From Candidatus Binatia bacterium (lineage in GTDB: Bacteria; Desulfobacterota; Binatia; Bin18): a stretch of 64,000 bases of DNA. The translations under genes and the position numbers were made by a program. The stretch lies in the NCBI GenBank assembly GCA_963666315.2, contig CAXXHG010000043.1, positions 640,001-704,000 of the forward strand, written 5' to 3'. The notes under the pieces are model-generated. The model was not told where the DNA came from, ran no database searches, and worked only from the letters and a program-made list of their open reading frames with translations. This document shows positions 30,821 to 42,746 of this stretch, piece by piece. Positions within the stretch are counted from its first letter, which is position 1, and every line of letters begins with the position of its first letter.

Positions 30821-32023
30821 TTATAGTGGCAGCCGAATGACGACCGTTGTGCCTTGCCCCGGTTTGGAGAAGAGCCGGAGTCGGCCGTTGTGTCCTTCAA
30901 TGATACGTTGCGATATGGACAGCCCGAGACCTGTACCGCCTTCTTTGGTAGTAAAAAATGGATCAAAAAGCTGGGACCGAACCAGGGGTGAGATGCCTTC
31001 TCCCTCGTCGGCTATGGTAACCAGGAAGCTGCCACCACTAGTCGTGATCCGGACCGTGAGTGTTCCCCCTCGCGCCATCGCCTGGAGGGCGTTGAGCAAG
31101 AGGTTGAGGAAGACTTGTTTGATCTGGGCACCGTCCACCCAGGCCAAAGGCAGCTCCTGCGCCCACTCTGTATAGATCAAGATCTCGCGAATACGCGCTT
31201 CCGGTCCGATCAACAGCAAGGTCTCCTGCATGATTTCTTCGAGCCGTTCACGTTGAAAATGAGGCGGGCGGGGACGGGCGAATTCCAGAAACTGCTCAAG
31301 CAAGAGCTTCATGCGCTGTAACTCGTCCTGGACAACACTGAGATCATCGGCCAACGCATTATCGAGCGGACTCTCAGATGTTCTGTCCTGCGCCATGGCA
31401 TAAATGAGCATGCTGACCGTATTCAACGGGTTACGGAGTTCGTGGGCCAGGCCGGCTGAGAGTTTGCCCAGGGCTGCCAATTTTTCGGACTGACGCAGCT
31501 GTTCCCTAGACTGCAGTTCTTCCCGGTGCAAGGTCGCATTCTCAATGGCGATGGCGGATTGGCTGGCAAGGAGGGTGAGTAGGCGGATATCATTCTCCTC
31601 AAAGCAGCGTGGCTCAGTCGTGTATACATTCAGCACGCCGATAATATCGGTCTTAGTCCGGAGCGGAACGGAAAGCAGTGAGCACAATCCCTCACGCCGG
31701 GCTAAGTCGGCAACGCGGTAGCGCGTTTCTTTGCGGACATCGGGAGTGTAGAGCGGCCTCCCGGTTTTGATGACTTCGCCGGTCAGGCTAGTTGCCACCT
31801 CGCGGGCCGGCTGGGCAAGATATTTCTCGCTAGCGCCGTGAGTGGCCACAGGACGTAAGGTCCCTTCTTCAGGATCAAGCAGGAGGATAGAGGATACGCG
31901 CGCGGCCATGAGGCGACAGGCATGAGCGACTATGCGCTGCAAAACTTCTTCAAGCTGCAGCGTTGACGAGATTTCCGCACCAACGGTGAACAGAGCTTCG
32001 AGACGTTCTTGGAGCGCATTCAT
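30821..32023 (-). CDS. Cytoplasmic GAF-domain histidine kinase
   Basis: GAF (SLLSVPL...IGVLNV), LAHELRNPL H-box, PFFTTK.GGTGLGL. Confidence 0.93.
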   Translation of the reverse strand: MNALQERLEALFTVGAEISSTLQLEEVLQRIVAHACRLMAARVSSILLLDPEEGTLRPVATHGASEKYLAQPAREVATSLTGEVIKTGRPLYTPDVRKETRYRVADLARREGLCSLLSVPLRTKTDIIGVLNVYTTEPRCFEENDIRLLTLLASQSAIAIENATLHREELQSREQLRQSEKLAALGKLSAGLAHELRNPLNTVSMLIYAMAQDRTSESPLDNALADDLSVVQDELQRMKLLLEQFLEFARPRPPHFQRERLEEIMQETLLLIGPEARIREILIYTEWAQELPLAWVDGAQIKQVFLNLLLNALQAMARGGTLTVRITTSGGSFLVTIADEGEGISPLVRSQLFDPFFTTKEGGTGLGLSISQRIIEGHNGRLRLFSKPGQGTTVVIRLPL

Positions 32024-32151
32024 AATGATGCTCGGAGTACAGCAGCGAGAGTTGATGCACTTAATGCATTCCGTCTTTCATCACAGGGGCTTGTCGTTTC
32101 GGAGATCCTCAAAAGAAGAAGCGCTGCCTTGAGAGGCTAGTATGTGTGAGA

Positions 32152-32178
32152 GGGCAGGGTAGACAATCTACCCTGCCC
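32152..32178. repeat. Perfect 12-bp hairpin (terminator or REP-like)
   Basis: gggcagggtaga-caa-tctaccctgccc. Confidence 0.7.
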
Positions 32179-32251
32179 GCGTATTACGTCTCTTCCGTGC
32201 GGAGACGCGGGGCTGATTCCGCCTGTATTGCCCGTCTTGATTGATCGCGGG

Positions 32252-32650
32252 TCAGCCCGATAGCAGAACTCCTTGGAGAGGACATCTAGGAAGTACCGTA
32301 GGCCACGTTCCGAGGTTAAATCCGCACAGCGCGTAGGTCAGGATGCCGATGCAGATAATAAAAGTGTTTTTGAATAAGATATTGACCGTGTTCTTGGATT
32401 GGGCCAAATCCGACTCAAGTGAGGCAAAGCCCAGGTGCATAATGAACACGAGCGCCGCCGCGATCATCATCCACAAAGTATGCGCGGTAAACAGGGCGAA
32501 GCCCGGTGAAGCAGCAAATTCCGCATAATCTTTGTATTGTGGAGCGTCTTCGGCAAAAGCGAGAGACGCAAGCACACCTGTGCTTAGAGCAGCGCCTGTG
32601 GTTAAAACAGCGAATGATCCAATAGAAAATGGAGAAAATAGACGTTTCAT
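32252..32650 (-). pseudogene. amtB: Ammonium transporter AmtB, truncated by a large deletion
   Basis: TLWMMIAAALVFIMHLGFASLES...SKNTVNILFKN...GFNL then lost; follows glnK. Confidence 0.88.
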
Positions 32651-32793
32651 CTCAACCTCCTTGTGCGGTGCACGACCTTCCTGTGCCTGCTGTTGAGATG
32701 CCCCTGATATACCCGGTGTTTGGTGCTGCTGCCGAGGCTCTTCCTCTCGTTGCCCTCACAACCTCGGAGCCCCGGCAGGGATCGTACAGTCGG

Positions 32794-34424
<1,631 letters not shown>

Positions 34425-34483
34425 GCACTACCGCCTTGATACGAGATATGCCTTGTATTCTGTATAGGGCATCCCTGGTTAAA

Positions 34484-34499
34484 AGCAAAGCTGATGCCA
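34484..34499 (-). promoter_or_regulatory. sigma54 promoter for porin-glnK-amtB, NtrC-like site at 34560-34576
   Basis: TGGCATCAGCTTTGCT; TGC-acagaagagcg-GCA. Confidence 0.85.
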
Positions 34500-34685
34500 G
34501 ACCTGGAGCGATAAAAACTGTAGAAAAATCAAAGATTTTCTGCTTTTGTCAGAAAAAATTGCACAGAAGAGCGGCAATTTGGCAGGCGTCTGCTTAAACT
34601 CTGGACAGACTAAGTTGACACAACCCCTATGATTTCTGCTATGTGTCCTGTAAGTGCCTAAAAAAGTCTGAAAGGAGAAACGACT

Positions 34686-35300
34686 ATGTCAAATGCCGAT
34701 TTTGAGGTACGTCAATTGCTCAAGGCGTATCGGAAGGGTGTCATCTCGGATGCGCTGTTCGAGGAGCAGATGAATGAACTTTCCAACGACCACACGAATG
34801 GGGCTGGTGCGTACACGTATAATGAGACGAGCCATGCCTCTGAGAAGGATATGATTCTCGCACTCTTAGACGAGTTCCGATGTGGGGAGAATTTTGCGGC
34901 CGAATATCTCAACAGTTGGATTGAGGCCAGTGATCAAGAGTGCGTCAAAGGCGGGTTGCGTACGGTACAGCAGCGTGAGGCCTTTCACGCCCAACTCTTA
35001 GAAGCCCGGCTGCGTGAACTTGGTGGGAGTCCGCAGTGCACGGTCCCGGGTGAGCGTCGGGATAAAGAGCTGCCTTTCTATTCGTCAAAGAAAAAGACCG
35101 ACGTGGAAAAACTCCAATCCATTGCGGAGCTGCTCAAAGATCCCCAAGCCGCGCTTAAGCCGTTAACCGATTCGATAGCTCAGATTCAGGACGATCAGCA
35201 GACCAAAGAACTGTTGCGGACAATTCTTGATGACGAGATGTCGAGCATTAAATGGCTATTAGCGTCGTGTGAGGCGCTGAGCGCGCCACAAGCGGCATAA
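34686..35300 (+). CDS. Ferritin-like fold protein with short N-terminal helical domain
   Basis: LDEFRCGE...REAFH...ILDDE carboxylate/His pattern; AGGAG RBS. Confidence 0.7.
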   Translation: MSNADFEVRQLLKAYRKGVISDALFEEQMNELSNDHTNGAGAYTYNETSHASEKDMILALLDEFRCGENFAAEYLNSWIEASDQECVKGGLRTVQQREAFHAQLLEARLRELGGSPQCTVPGERRDKELPFYSSKKKTDVEKLQSIAELLKDPQAALKPLTDSIAQIQDDQQTKELLRTILDDEMSSIKWLLASCEALSAPQAA

Positions 35301-35334
35301 TGCACTAGGCATTAGCCTAGATAATCACGCTTTG

Positions 35335-35364
35335 CGGAGGGGCACGGTATGCCATGCCCCTCCG
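35335..35364 (+). terminator. Hairpin (terminator or REP-like)
   Basis: cggaggggca...tgcccctccg followed by tgttt. Confidence 0.55.
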
Positions 35365-35393
35365 TGTTTAGAGCCCTTTGCTCAGAATGCCTC

Positions 35394-38300
35394 ATGCCCA
35401 GTGTTGACGACGTCTCGCCCAACATTCTCCAGCCGCTCTTTCCCCTCCGTAAAAACCTGACTCCCGCCTGGAATCATATTGTGATCGGTGTTGCCCGCGC
35501 TCCGGACCCCGCGCTGGCTGCGGTCAATTTGAGCCGTTTGGTCGAATACGAGATCGGTACGGGAGAGGTGCTGGGCTCATTTGATCTCTGCTGTGATCTC
35601 TTATTTATCTTAGGCGCAAGCCGGCATCTCACACACGTATTGCTTGGTCAGGGGCGGGACTGGGAGGCGGCCTTTCTGGCGGACTGTGACGCAGCAGAAA
35701 AGACGGCGTCCATCCATCTGTCATCTTTACGAACCAGGCTGACTTTGGATCTGTCTGAAGACGATTTTCGGGCTGGTTTACGGGCGTACCGAAATCGAGA
35801 ATATCTTCGTATCGGGACGCGTGATTTGCTCGCGCGTGCCTCGTTAGAAGAGACGACGCGGGACCTGAGCGCGTTGGCTGAGGCCGCAGTCCAGATTGCG
35901 TATGAATACAGCCGAGCACAGCTCACAGTTGACTGTGGAGAGGCGGTAGTAGGAGAAAAGCCTGGGCGACGCCCGATTGAATTTGTCGTCTTGGGCATGG
36001 GCAAGCTCGGAGGAGAAGAGCTCAATTTTAGCTCGGATATCGACCTTATCTATATGTATGAATGTGACGCGGGGATGACTACAGGCGGGAGAAAAGGACA
36101 GGTGAATGCGCGCACCTTTTTTACCACGCTAGCCCAAAACCTCACCCAAACCCTGAGTATGCCGGTTGCGGGCGGTATTGTCTTTCGGGTTGACCTCGGC
36201 CTGCGACCGGACGGGACAAACGGACACATTGTCAATTCCTTATCCAACACATTGCTCTACTACGAGTCCTGGGGTCAAACCTGGGAGCGAGCTGCACTGC
36301 TCAAAGCGCGGCCGATTGCCGGAGAGAAAACCCTTGGGGAACGATTTTTACACGAGGTTGCACCGTTTATCCTGCGGCGTTATCTCGACTTCACAACGGT
36401 CGAGGACCTGAAAGACATGAAAGCGCGGGTGGAGCGCTCACTACGATGGGCTGACCGAGAACGGATGAACGTCAAGCTCAGCCGTGGCGGTATACGCGAG
36501 GTCGAGTTTATTGCCCAAGTCCTGCAGCTCATCCATGCTGGAAAAGATCCGCGTGTCTTAGAGCGCAATACGCTCCGGGCCCTGGATCGACTCTGTGAAG
36601 GGGCCTATTTGACAGCGGCTGATCGCGATGTCTTGGCCCACGCATACCAATTCCTGCGCCAGGTTGAGCACAAGATTCAAGTCGTGCAGGATCGCCAGAC
36701 GCATACCTTACCGGGCACAGAAGCGGAAATGCGGGCTTTGGCCCGCCGCCTTCGCCTAAATGGCATAAAGGAACAGACTGGAACGGATATCCTAGACCCG
36801 CGGGCCGTCTTTGTGACCACACTCCAGATGCACGCGAGCGCAGTACATCAGATTTTCCGTTCGCTGTTTCAGGTGCCTGACGAAAACCCTGAGGCGCAAG
36901 TCGCTGAAGAGAACGCCAAGATTGAGGCCTTACTCCAAGAGTTGCGGAATGCACAGCGGACGAAACAGCGCCTCGAACGGCTCGGATTTCGAGAACTGGC
37001 GCAGAGCTATGAATGCCTGCGTTTATTGCATGACGGCCCACCGTATGCCCCTGCCTCGCCGAAACGGCGTAAGATCTTCTACGCTCTGGCGCCCATGCTT
37101 TTCCGCGAAGTCTGTCAAGCGCCAGACCCGGATCGGGCCTTGGCCTATATCGCGGAGCTCATTGCCTCCATTGGTGCCCGGTCTAGTTTTTTGGCCTTGC
37201 TGCGCGAAAATCCCCACACGCTGCGTACGTTGATCGGTCTGTTTGGAACCAGTTCGTATTTGTCCCAAATTTTTTTACGCCGACCAGAGCTCCTCGACAG
37301 CTTGGTCCGGGCGGACTTGGTGCATGTCCATAAATCTCGGGCCATGATGTGTGACGAACTCATGGCCCGGATTGATGGGGCTCCTGATTTAGAGGACCGA
37401 CTCGACATCTTACGCCAATATCGGAGTGAAGAATTTCTGCGAATCGGCATTAATGACACGAATGGTTTGCTGGACTTCCCTGCGGTGAGTATGCAGTTGT
37501 CTGACTTAGCCGAGAGCTGTCTGCACGGCGCGTACGAAACGGCGCGGGCGGCACTCCTTGCCCAGTTGGGTCTTACCGCCTTACCCGGACGGATGACTAT
37601 TGTGGCTATGGGGAAATTGGGTGCGGGTGAACTGAATTATAACTCTGATTTAGATCTTATTTTTTTATATGAGCCCGAGGAAAAAAAGGGGAGCCGAGCG
37701 GAGCTGAGTGCGCAAGAGATCTTTACGAAACTTGTCCAGCGGCTTATCTCTGCGCTGCAGGTCCAGACACGGGAAGGCATGGTCTATCAGATCGACACGC
37801 GTCTGCGACCCTCTGGTCGAGCGGGTTCGCTTGTGTCCTCTGTAGTAGCCTTTAAACGCTACCACCAAACGCAGACGCAGCTATGGGAACGCCAGGCGTT
37901 GATCAAGGCCCGCGCCGCTGTTGGAGACCGCCAGCTGATAGACCAAGTCAACGGTCTATTTGAACATTTTGTCTATGCTGAGGTGATTGATGCTGCCGGC
38001 GTTGCCGAGATCCAACGTCTGCGCGGCCGTATGGAACACGAGTTAGCACACGAGACAGCTGAGCGGTTTAATATCAAGACTGGACGGGGAGGTATTGTTG
38101 ATGTCGAGTTCCTTGTCCAGATGCTGCAGTTGCGGTATGGTCAGCGCTTCGACGCACTGAGACAGCGGAATACATTGGCTGCTCTGGATGCCTTGACTGT
38201 ATGTGGCATTGTCTCTGCCGAGGAGAGCCAGGTGCTGACGCAGGGCTATCAGTTCTTACGCAGACTGGAAAACCGACTGCGTATCGAACGAGACCAACCC

Positions 38301-38465
38301 GTCGAAGTATTAGAGAGCGACGCAGAGCAGCTCACGGCACTTGCCCGCCGGATGGGCTATGAAGAGGCGGCACCAGGCCGTCTCTTGCTGGCCGAATATC
38401 AGCGCCAGCGCGAAGCGATTCGAGCGTGCTACAGCCGCTTGTTTGTCCGAGAACAAGGAGACTGA
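35394..38465 (+). CDS. glnE: Bifunctional glutamine synthetase adenylyltransferase/adenylyl-removing enzyme
   Basis: Two MGKLG..ELN..SD.DL nucleotidyltransferase motifs, D..LRP.G, WER.AL.KAR. Confidence 0.96.
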   Translation: MPSVDDVSPNILQPLFPLRKNLTPAWNHIVIGVARAPDPALAAVNLSRLVEYEIGTGEVLGSFDLCCDLLFILGASRHLTHVLLGQGRDWEAAFLADCDAAEKTASIHLSSLRTRLTLDLSEDDFRAGLRAYRNREYLRIGTRDLLARASLEETTRDLSALAEAAVQIAYEYSRAQLTVDCGEAVVGEKPGRRPIEFVVLGMGKLGGEELNFSSDIDLIYMYECDAGMTTGGRKGQVNARTFFTTLAQNLTQTLSMPVAGGIVFRVDLGLRPDGTNGHIVNSLSNTLLYYESWGQTWERAALLKARPIAGEKTLGERFLHEVAPFILRRYLDFTTVEDLKDMKARVERSLRWADRERMNVKLSRGGIREVEFIAQVLQLIHAGKDPRVLERNTLRALDRLCEGAYLTAADRDVLAHAYQFLRQVEHKIQVVQDRQTHTLPGTEAEMRALARRLRLNGIKEQTGTDILDPRAVFVTTLQMHASAVHQIFRSLFQVPDENPEAQVAEENAKIEALLQELRNAQRTKQRLERLGFRELAQSYECLRLLHDGPPYAPASPKRRKIFYALAPMLFREVCQAPDPDRALAYIAELIASIGARSSFLALLRENPHTLRTLIGLFGTSSYLSQIFLRRPELLDSLVRADLVHVHKSRAMMCDELMARIDGAPDLEDRLDILRQYRSEEFLRIGINDTNGLLDFPAVSMQLSDLAESCLHGAYETARAALLAQLGLTALPGRMTIVAMGKLGAGELNYNSDLDLIFLYEPEEKKGSRAELSAQEIFTKLVQRLISALQVQTREGMVYQIDTRLRPSGRAGSLVSSVVAFKRYHQTQTQLWERQALIKARAAVGDRQLIDQVNGLFEHFVYAEVIDAAGVAEIQRLRGRMEHELAHETAERFNIKTGRGGIVDVEFLVQMLQLRYGQRFDALRQRNTLAALDALTVCGIVSAEESQVLTQGYQFLRRLENRLRIERDQPVEVLESDAEQLTALARRMGYEEAAPGRLLLAEYQRQREAIRACYSRLFVREQGD

Positions 38466-38466
38466 C

Positions 38467-39933
38467 ATGAGTGAGGAACAGAAGCCCTCGATCCGGAAAG
38501 AAGATGTCACCGAAGACGGTGGCGCCGAAGAGAACTTTGCTACACTCTTAGGACGCGAACAGACCGGGCCTGCACTGCACACTGGGCAGGTGGTCAAGGG
38601 ACGGGTCATTTTGATTAGTGTGGACAGCGTCTTTGTTGATGTTCGAAATAAAGGTGAGGGCATCATTGACCGCGCAGAACTGGAAAGTACGCAGGGAGAA
38701 CTCGAAGTCTCGGTGGGGGACGAAATCGAAGCGACCATAGTATCAACAGAAGGGGAACTTCGCCTGTCGCGGAAATTACTCAGCGGCGCTCGGGCGCAAG
38801 AGCGGTTGGAGCTGGCCGTAGACAATCAATTACCTGTTGAAGGCAAAGTGACAAATATTATCAAAGGGGGGTATGAAGTCACCGTTGCCGGATTTCGTGC
38901 CTTCTGTCCATTCTCACAGATGGATATGCGCCGACCCGAGTCGTCGGAGGCGTTTCTCGAACAGACGCTAGAGTTCTATGTAACCCGATACAGTGAGAAC
39001 GGACGCAATATCGTTTTGTCACGACGGCAACTGCTCGAAGAGCAGGCGGCCCAAGCGGCGAAAGAAACGCTGCGTACAATCGTACCCGACGCTGTCTTGC
39101 CTGGCACCGTAGCCTCGCTGACGAATTTCGGGGCGTTTATTGACCTGGGCGGGGTCCAGGGGCTGGTGCATGTTTCTGAAATATCTCACTCCCGGTTAGG
39201 AACGCCGGCTGACCGACTCAGTGTTGACGAGGCGGTAACGGTGAAGGTGCTCAAGATTGATGCGCAGACCGGCAAAATTGCGCTCAGTATGAAAGCCCTC
39301 GAAGGAGACCCGTGGGCAGCCGTTGCCGAGCAACTCCGTGAACGACAAGTCGTGAGTGGACGACTCGTCCGGATGGCAGACTTTGGCGCGTTCGTCGAAT
39401 TGCTCTCGGGTGTGGATGGCCTGCTGCATATCAGTGAGATTCCACGTAATCAGCATGGGCAGTTAAAGGAAGCGGTGACGACGCACGGGGAAGTAGCGGT
39501 CTTGATTCTGAGCATTGATCCCGACAAGCGACGCATCGCTCTGGCCCTGGCACCGGAAGGGTTGGTCCCCGGCGATCAAGCTGAGGCCCTGACTCTCACC
39601 CCAGGGGCGGTTGTGACCGGGACAGTCGAACGTATCGAATCGTTTGGCGTGTTTCTGCGTCTTGGCCCTGGGCAGACGGGCTTGATTCCCAATGCTGAGA
39701 TGGGCACCCCGCGCGGGACGGACCACCGTAAAGAATTTCCGCCTGAAACCGAAGTCAAAGTTACCGTGCTGGCAATTGAGGAGGGAGGAAAACGCATTCG
39801 GCTGTCCAGGACTAAGGCACATGCCCACGAAGAGCGGGCCGAAACACAAGCCTATTTGTCATCCACACAAAAACAACAAGGATTTGGACTGAATCTGGGA
39901 GAGTTACTCCAGCAGAGCAAGAAGAAGAAATGA
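38467..39933 (+). CDS. S1 RNA-binding domain protein (ribosomal protein S1-like)
   Basis: Repeated S1 motifs FGAFIDLGGVQGLVHVSEIS, FGAFVEL..GVDGLLHISEI. Confidence 0.9.
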   Translation: MSEEQKPSIRKEDVTEDGGAEENFATLLGREQTGPALHTGQVVKGRVILISVDSVFVDVRNKGEGIIDRAELESTQGELEVSVGDEIEATIVSTEGELRLSRKLLSGARAQERLELAVDNQLPVEGKVTNIIKGGYEVTVAGFRAFCPFSQMDMRRPESSEAFLEQTLEFYVTRYSENGRNIVLSRRQLLEEQAAQAAKETLRTIVPDAVLPGTVASLTNFGAFIDLGGVQGLVHVSEISHSRLGTPADRLSVDEAVTVKVLKIDAQTGKIALSMKALEGDPWAAVAEQLRERQVVSGRLVRMADFGAFVELLSGVDGLLHISEIPRNQHGQLKEAVTTHGEVAVLILSIDPDKRRIALALAPEGLVPGDQAEALTLTPGAVVTGTVERIESFGVFLRLGPGQTGLIPNAEMGTPRGTDHRKEFPPETEVKVTVLAIEEGGKRIRLSRTKAHAHEERAETQAYLSSTQKQQGFGLNLGELLQQSKKKK

Positions 39934-39977
39934 TGAAGGATCGAAAGAAAGTCAGATGACCAGGAGCGGGAGAACAA

Positions 39978-40649
39978 TTACCCGCTCGCTGAGAGACTGG
40001 CCCGAAGCTGCCGTACGCCTGCACCTGGACCTCCTGGCGCACCGAATATAGCTGAGCCGGCCACAAGGAGTGAGGCCCCTGCGGCAACAACGTGTGGGGC
40101 GGTGGTAGAATCAATACCTCCGTCGACTTCAATTGCGGCATGCGCACCACGTTCATCAAGAAGATGGCGCAGACGACGCACCTTCTCTGTGCTGGAGGCA
40201 ATAAAGCGCTGCCCACCAAACCCAGGATTGACGCTCATGAGGAGGATCTGGTCAACCTCGTCGAGACTCTCTTCCAGCGTCGTCAGGGGAGTGCTGGGAT
40301 TGAGGACCACACCAGCCAGCTTGTCAAGCTGCTTGATTTGCTGAATAGTCCGGTGCAGATGGGGGCAGGTTTCTTGGTGCACGAGGATAATATCGGCTCC
40401 CGCATTAGCAAAATCGACTACATAGCGTTCGGGCTCGACAATCATCAGGTGGACGTCGAGAGGCAAGGTCGTGCTTTTGCGTGCGGCCTCGACGATAAGT
40501 GGGCCTATGCTGATGTTGGGGACAAAACGGCCGTCCATAACGTCTATATGGATACGATCCGCCCCAGCCTGTTCGACTTCGGCAATCTGTTGTCCGAGAC
40601 AGCGAAAGTCAGCAGACAGAATTGAGGGGAGAATTTGGGCTGTAGCCAT
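39978..40649 (-). CDS. rpe: Ribulose-phosphate 3-epimerase
   Basis: [34 protein letters not shown]. Confidence 0.97.
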   Translation of the reverse strand: MATAQILPSILSADFRCLGQQIAEVEQAGADRIHIDVMDGRFVPNISIGPLIVEAARKSTTLPLDVHLMIVEPERYVVDFANAGADIILVHQETCPHLHRTIQQIKQLDKLAGVVLNPSTPLTTLEESLDEVDQILLMSVNPGFGGQRFIASSTEKVRRLRHLLDERGAHAAIEVDGGIDSTTAPHVVAAGASLLVAGSAIFGAPGGPGAGVRQLRASLSASG

Positions 40650-40680
40650 GATTTTCCTCAGCGCCTGCGCTCTTTTCTGC

Positions 40681-41919
40681 CTATCTCCTCCGATGGGGGT
40701 GGAATTCCACATCCCAGCACGCGAGGGTACCCGGCGCAATGGCCTGTGGCGTGCTGGGCGGTGTGAGTGGCAGGGCATAGATGTGAGGTGGTGCGCTTGG
40801 ATCTGATGCTGCTGTCTCAAGGAGATGGCCGGCGACGGCCAACGTGTTTCCATCAGGAGCCAGTAGTGGATGAGAGCAGGCATACTGATCAAAGAATGAA
40901 AACAGCAGGGCCTGCTCTCGGCTGGGAAGGAAACGGACGAGTTCTGTCGTTTCGCCAGTCGTCCGATCAAGTCTATGCCATCTGAGCTGGTTCTGCTGCA
41001 TGTCGACGCTCAGGTAAAACAGGTCGGCTCCGTGCGGAGACCAAAAGAACCCGGCTAGCGGGGTTTCGAGTAACGGGGTGATCTGTCCGGTTGAAAGATC
41101 AAGGAGGCGCAGGCTGGGGAACAGCAGAGAGCCCTGGTGGGCAGTACTGCCAAAGGCGAGCGTTTGCCCATCTGGTGACCACAGGGCTACCGTCATGCCG
41201 GCGGCGACACTTATCGGGGCACTCTCTCCGCTCCGGACGTCGAAGAGCCGCAGGGTCTCGGTTCCGTGTGCATCTCTTTCCACAAACGTGAGCAAATCGC
41301 CGCGTGGCGACCAGGCAGGAACGCGAAACGTTCCTGGCCGAGTAGAGAGCTCTCGCACGATCTGTCCAGTTGAGGCCTCAAGCAGGACAATGCGCGCTGG
41401 CACCGAGTTCTTCCGATCTTCTCCAACGTGGGCGGCCAAAAGCCCGCCCTGCGGAGACCAAGACCAAAACAGTGGCGCTCCACTGAGCAGTGGGGTGGTA
41501 TGGCCAGGTTGGGCTAGGATTATGGTTTCTAACGAGAGCTGCTTTTCTCCGCGTTGAACTAAGACGGTAAACACATCAGCCTGTGGAGACCAGTTGCCGT
41601 AGATGGGCATGCCATCCCCTAATCCTGCCCGCTCCCACGATTCTACCCCGTCTGCGGAAACCGTATACACACCAGCCTGGCCAGTCTCGCCGCGTACAGC
41701 AAAGCAGGCCAGCTGCCTCCCGTCCGGGGACCAGGTCGGCCAGGCATAGGTCAATTGCTGCGAGTCTGCGTTCGCGGGAACGTGGTCATTCCAACTCCAG
41801 GTGAGTTGACGACTCTGACCTGATGGGAAATGGCGGACAAAGATCTGACCGTCTAATCCGATATAAGCAAGTTGAGAAGAGGGAGAAGCGCTGGACTCCG
41901 ACCGGCTTTTCTCACTCAC
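40681..41919 (-). CDS. TolB-like PD40-repeat beta-propeller protein
   Basis: Multiple WSP(D/Q)G repeats. Confidence 0.85.
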   Translation of the reverse strand: MSEKSRSESSASPSSQLAYIGLDGQIFVRHFPSGQSRQLTWSWNDHVPANADSQQLTYAWPTWSPDGRQLACFAVRGETGQAGVYTVSADGVESWERAGLGDGMPIYGNWSPQADVFTVLVQRGEKQLSLETIILAQPGHTTPLLSGAPLFWSWSPQGGLLAAHVGEDRKNSVPARIVLLEASTGQIVRELSTRPGTFRVPAWSPRGDLLTFVERDAHGTETLRLFDVRSGESAPISVAAGMTVALWSPDGQTLAFGSTAHQGSLLFPSLRLLDLSTGQITPLLETPLAGFFWSPHGADLFYLSVDMQQNQLRWHRLDRTTGETTELVRFLPSREQALLFSFFDQYACSHPLLAPDGNTLAVAGHLLETAASDPSAPPHIYALPLTPPSTPQAIAPGTLACWDVEFHPHRRR

Positions 41920-42619
41920 GTTTAGCCCCCTCCAGAATCAGAACGGGTTTCTTCCGGCCCCGTTTACGTCGGAGGAGGATATACATCGAACCCAGCCCTC
42001 CATCATGGGGGCGCGCGGATGAGAATGCGCGCACCATTTTAGCCAACCTTCCGCGTGTGAGCCATTGCTTGAGTCTATCTTTAAGAATGGGGAAGTGGCC
42101 GGGAGAGTTTTTGCCGCGGCCGTGCACAACGAGTACGCAGCGTATACTGGCACGAGCAGCGTGGGCCAGGAACTGCTCAATTTCAGAGTAAGCCTCGTCT
42201 GTTTTCATGCCGTGCAAGTCCAATGCCGCCTGACGTGAAAACTCTCCCTGTCTCAATTTGCGGACCAGGCGGGTATCGGTGCCTGCTATACAGCCTTCAA
42301 CATATTCATCTGTGTCGGTGATGTCGAAGTCGCTCCGCCCGGCGACGAGATCGTACAGCTCAGCAACGGCCTCGCTCTCACTTTCTCCGGGAGCGCGGCG
42401 TACCACGCCAGGCGGGGGATTACTCACACGAGGGTCGTGCTTGAGAGGGGTGACATCTCGCATCTCGCGTTGAAAGAGATCCTCATCGTTCTCACTCCTC
42501 TCCTTCTGGATAGGCGCAATTTTCGACACAGCCGGTTTGGCGGGAGGGAGTCCCTCCTTATACGGCTTGAGGGTCTTTTTGAGTTGGCGAAAAGGCGTGT
42601 TGAAGCCCGCCATGGCCAT
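41912..42619 (-). CDS. Smr/MutS2 domain protein
   Basis: KLRQG...LDLHGM, VVHGRGKNS, DGGLGS.YILL. Confidence 0.93.
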   Translation of the reverse strand: MAMAGFNTPFRQLKKTLKPYKEGLPPAKPAVSKIAPIQKERSENDEDLFQREMRDVTPLKHDPRVSNPPPGVVRRAPGESESEAVAELYDLVAGRSDFDITDTDEYVEGCIAGTDTRLVRKLRQGEFSRQAALDLHGMKTDEAYSEIEQFLAHAARASIRCVLVVHGRGKNSPGHFPILKDRLKQWLTRGRLAKMVRAFSSARPHDGGLGSMYILLRRKRGRKKPVLILEGAKRE

Positions 42620-42746
42620 GTCATGTTATACGGGAAGAGAGGGGAGGACAAGCAAGGCCGAATACGTCGAGGCAGGCGGCAGAAGGCACAGGACAGACGA
42701 GTAGACTGAGAAGAAAAAGGCGTAGGCGCCGACAGCGGAGAAGAGA

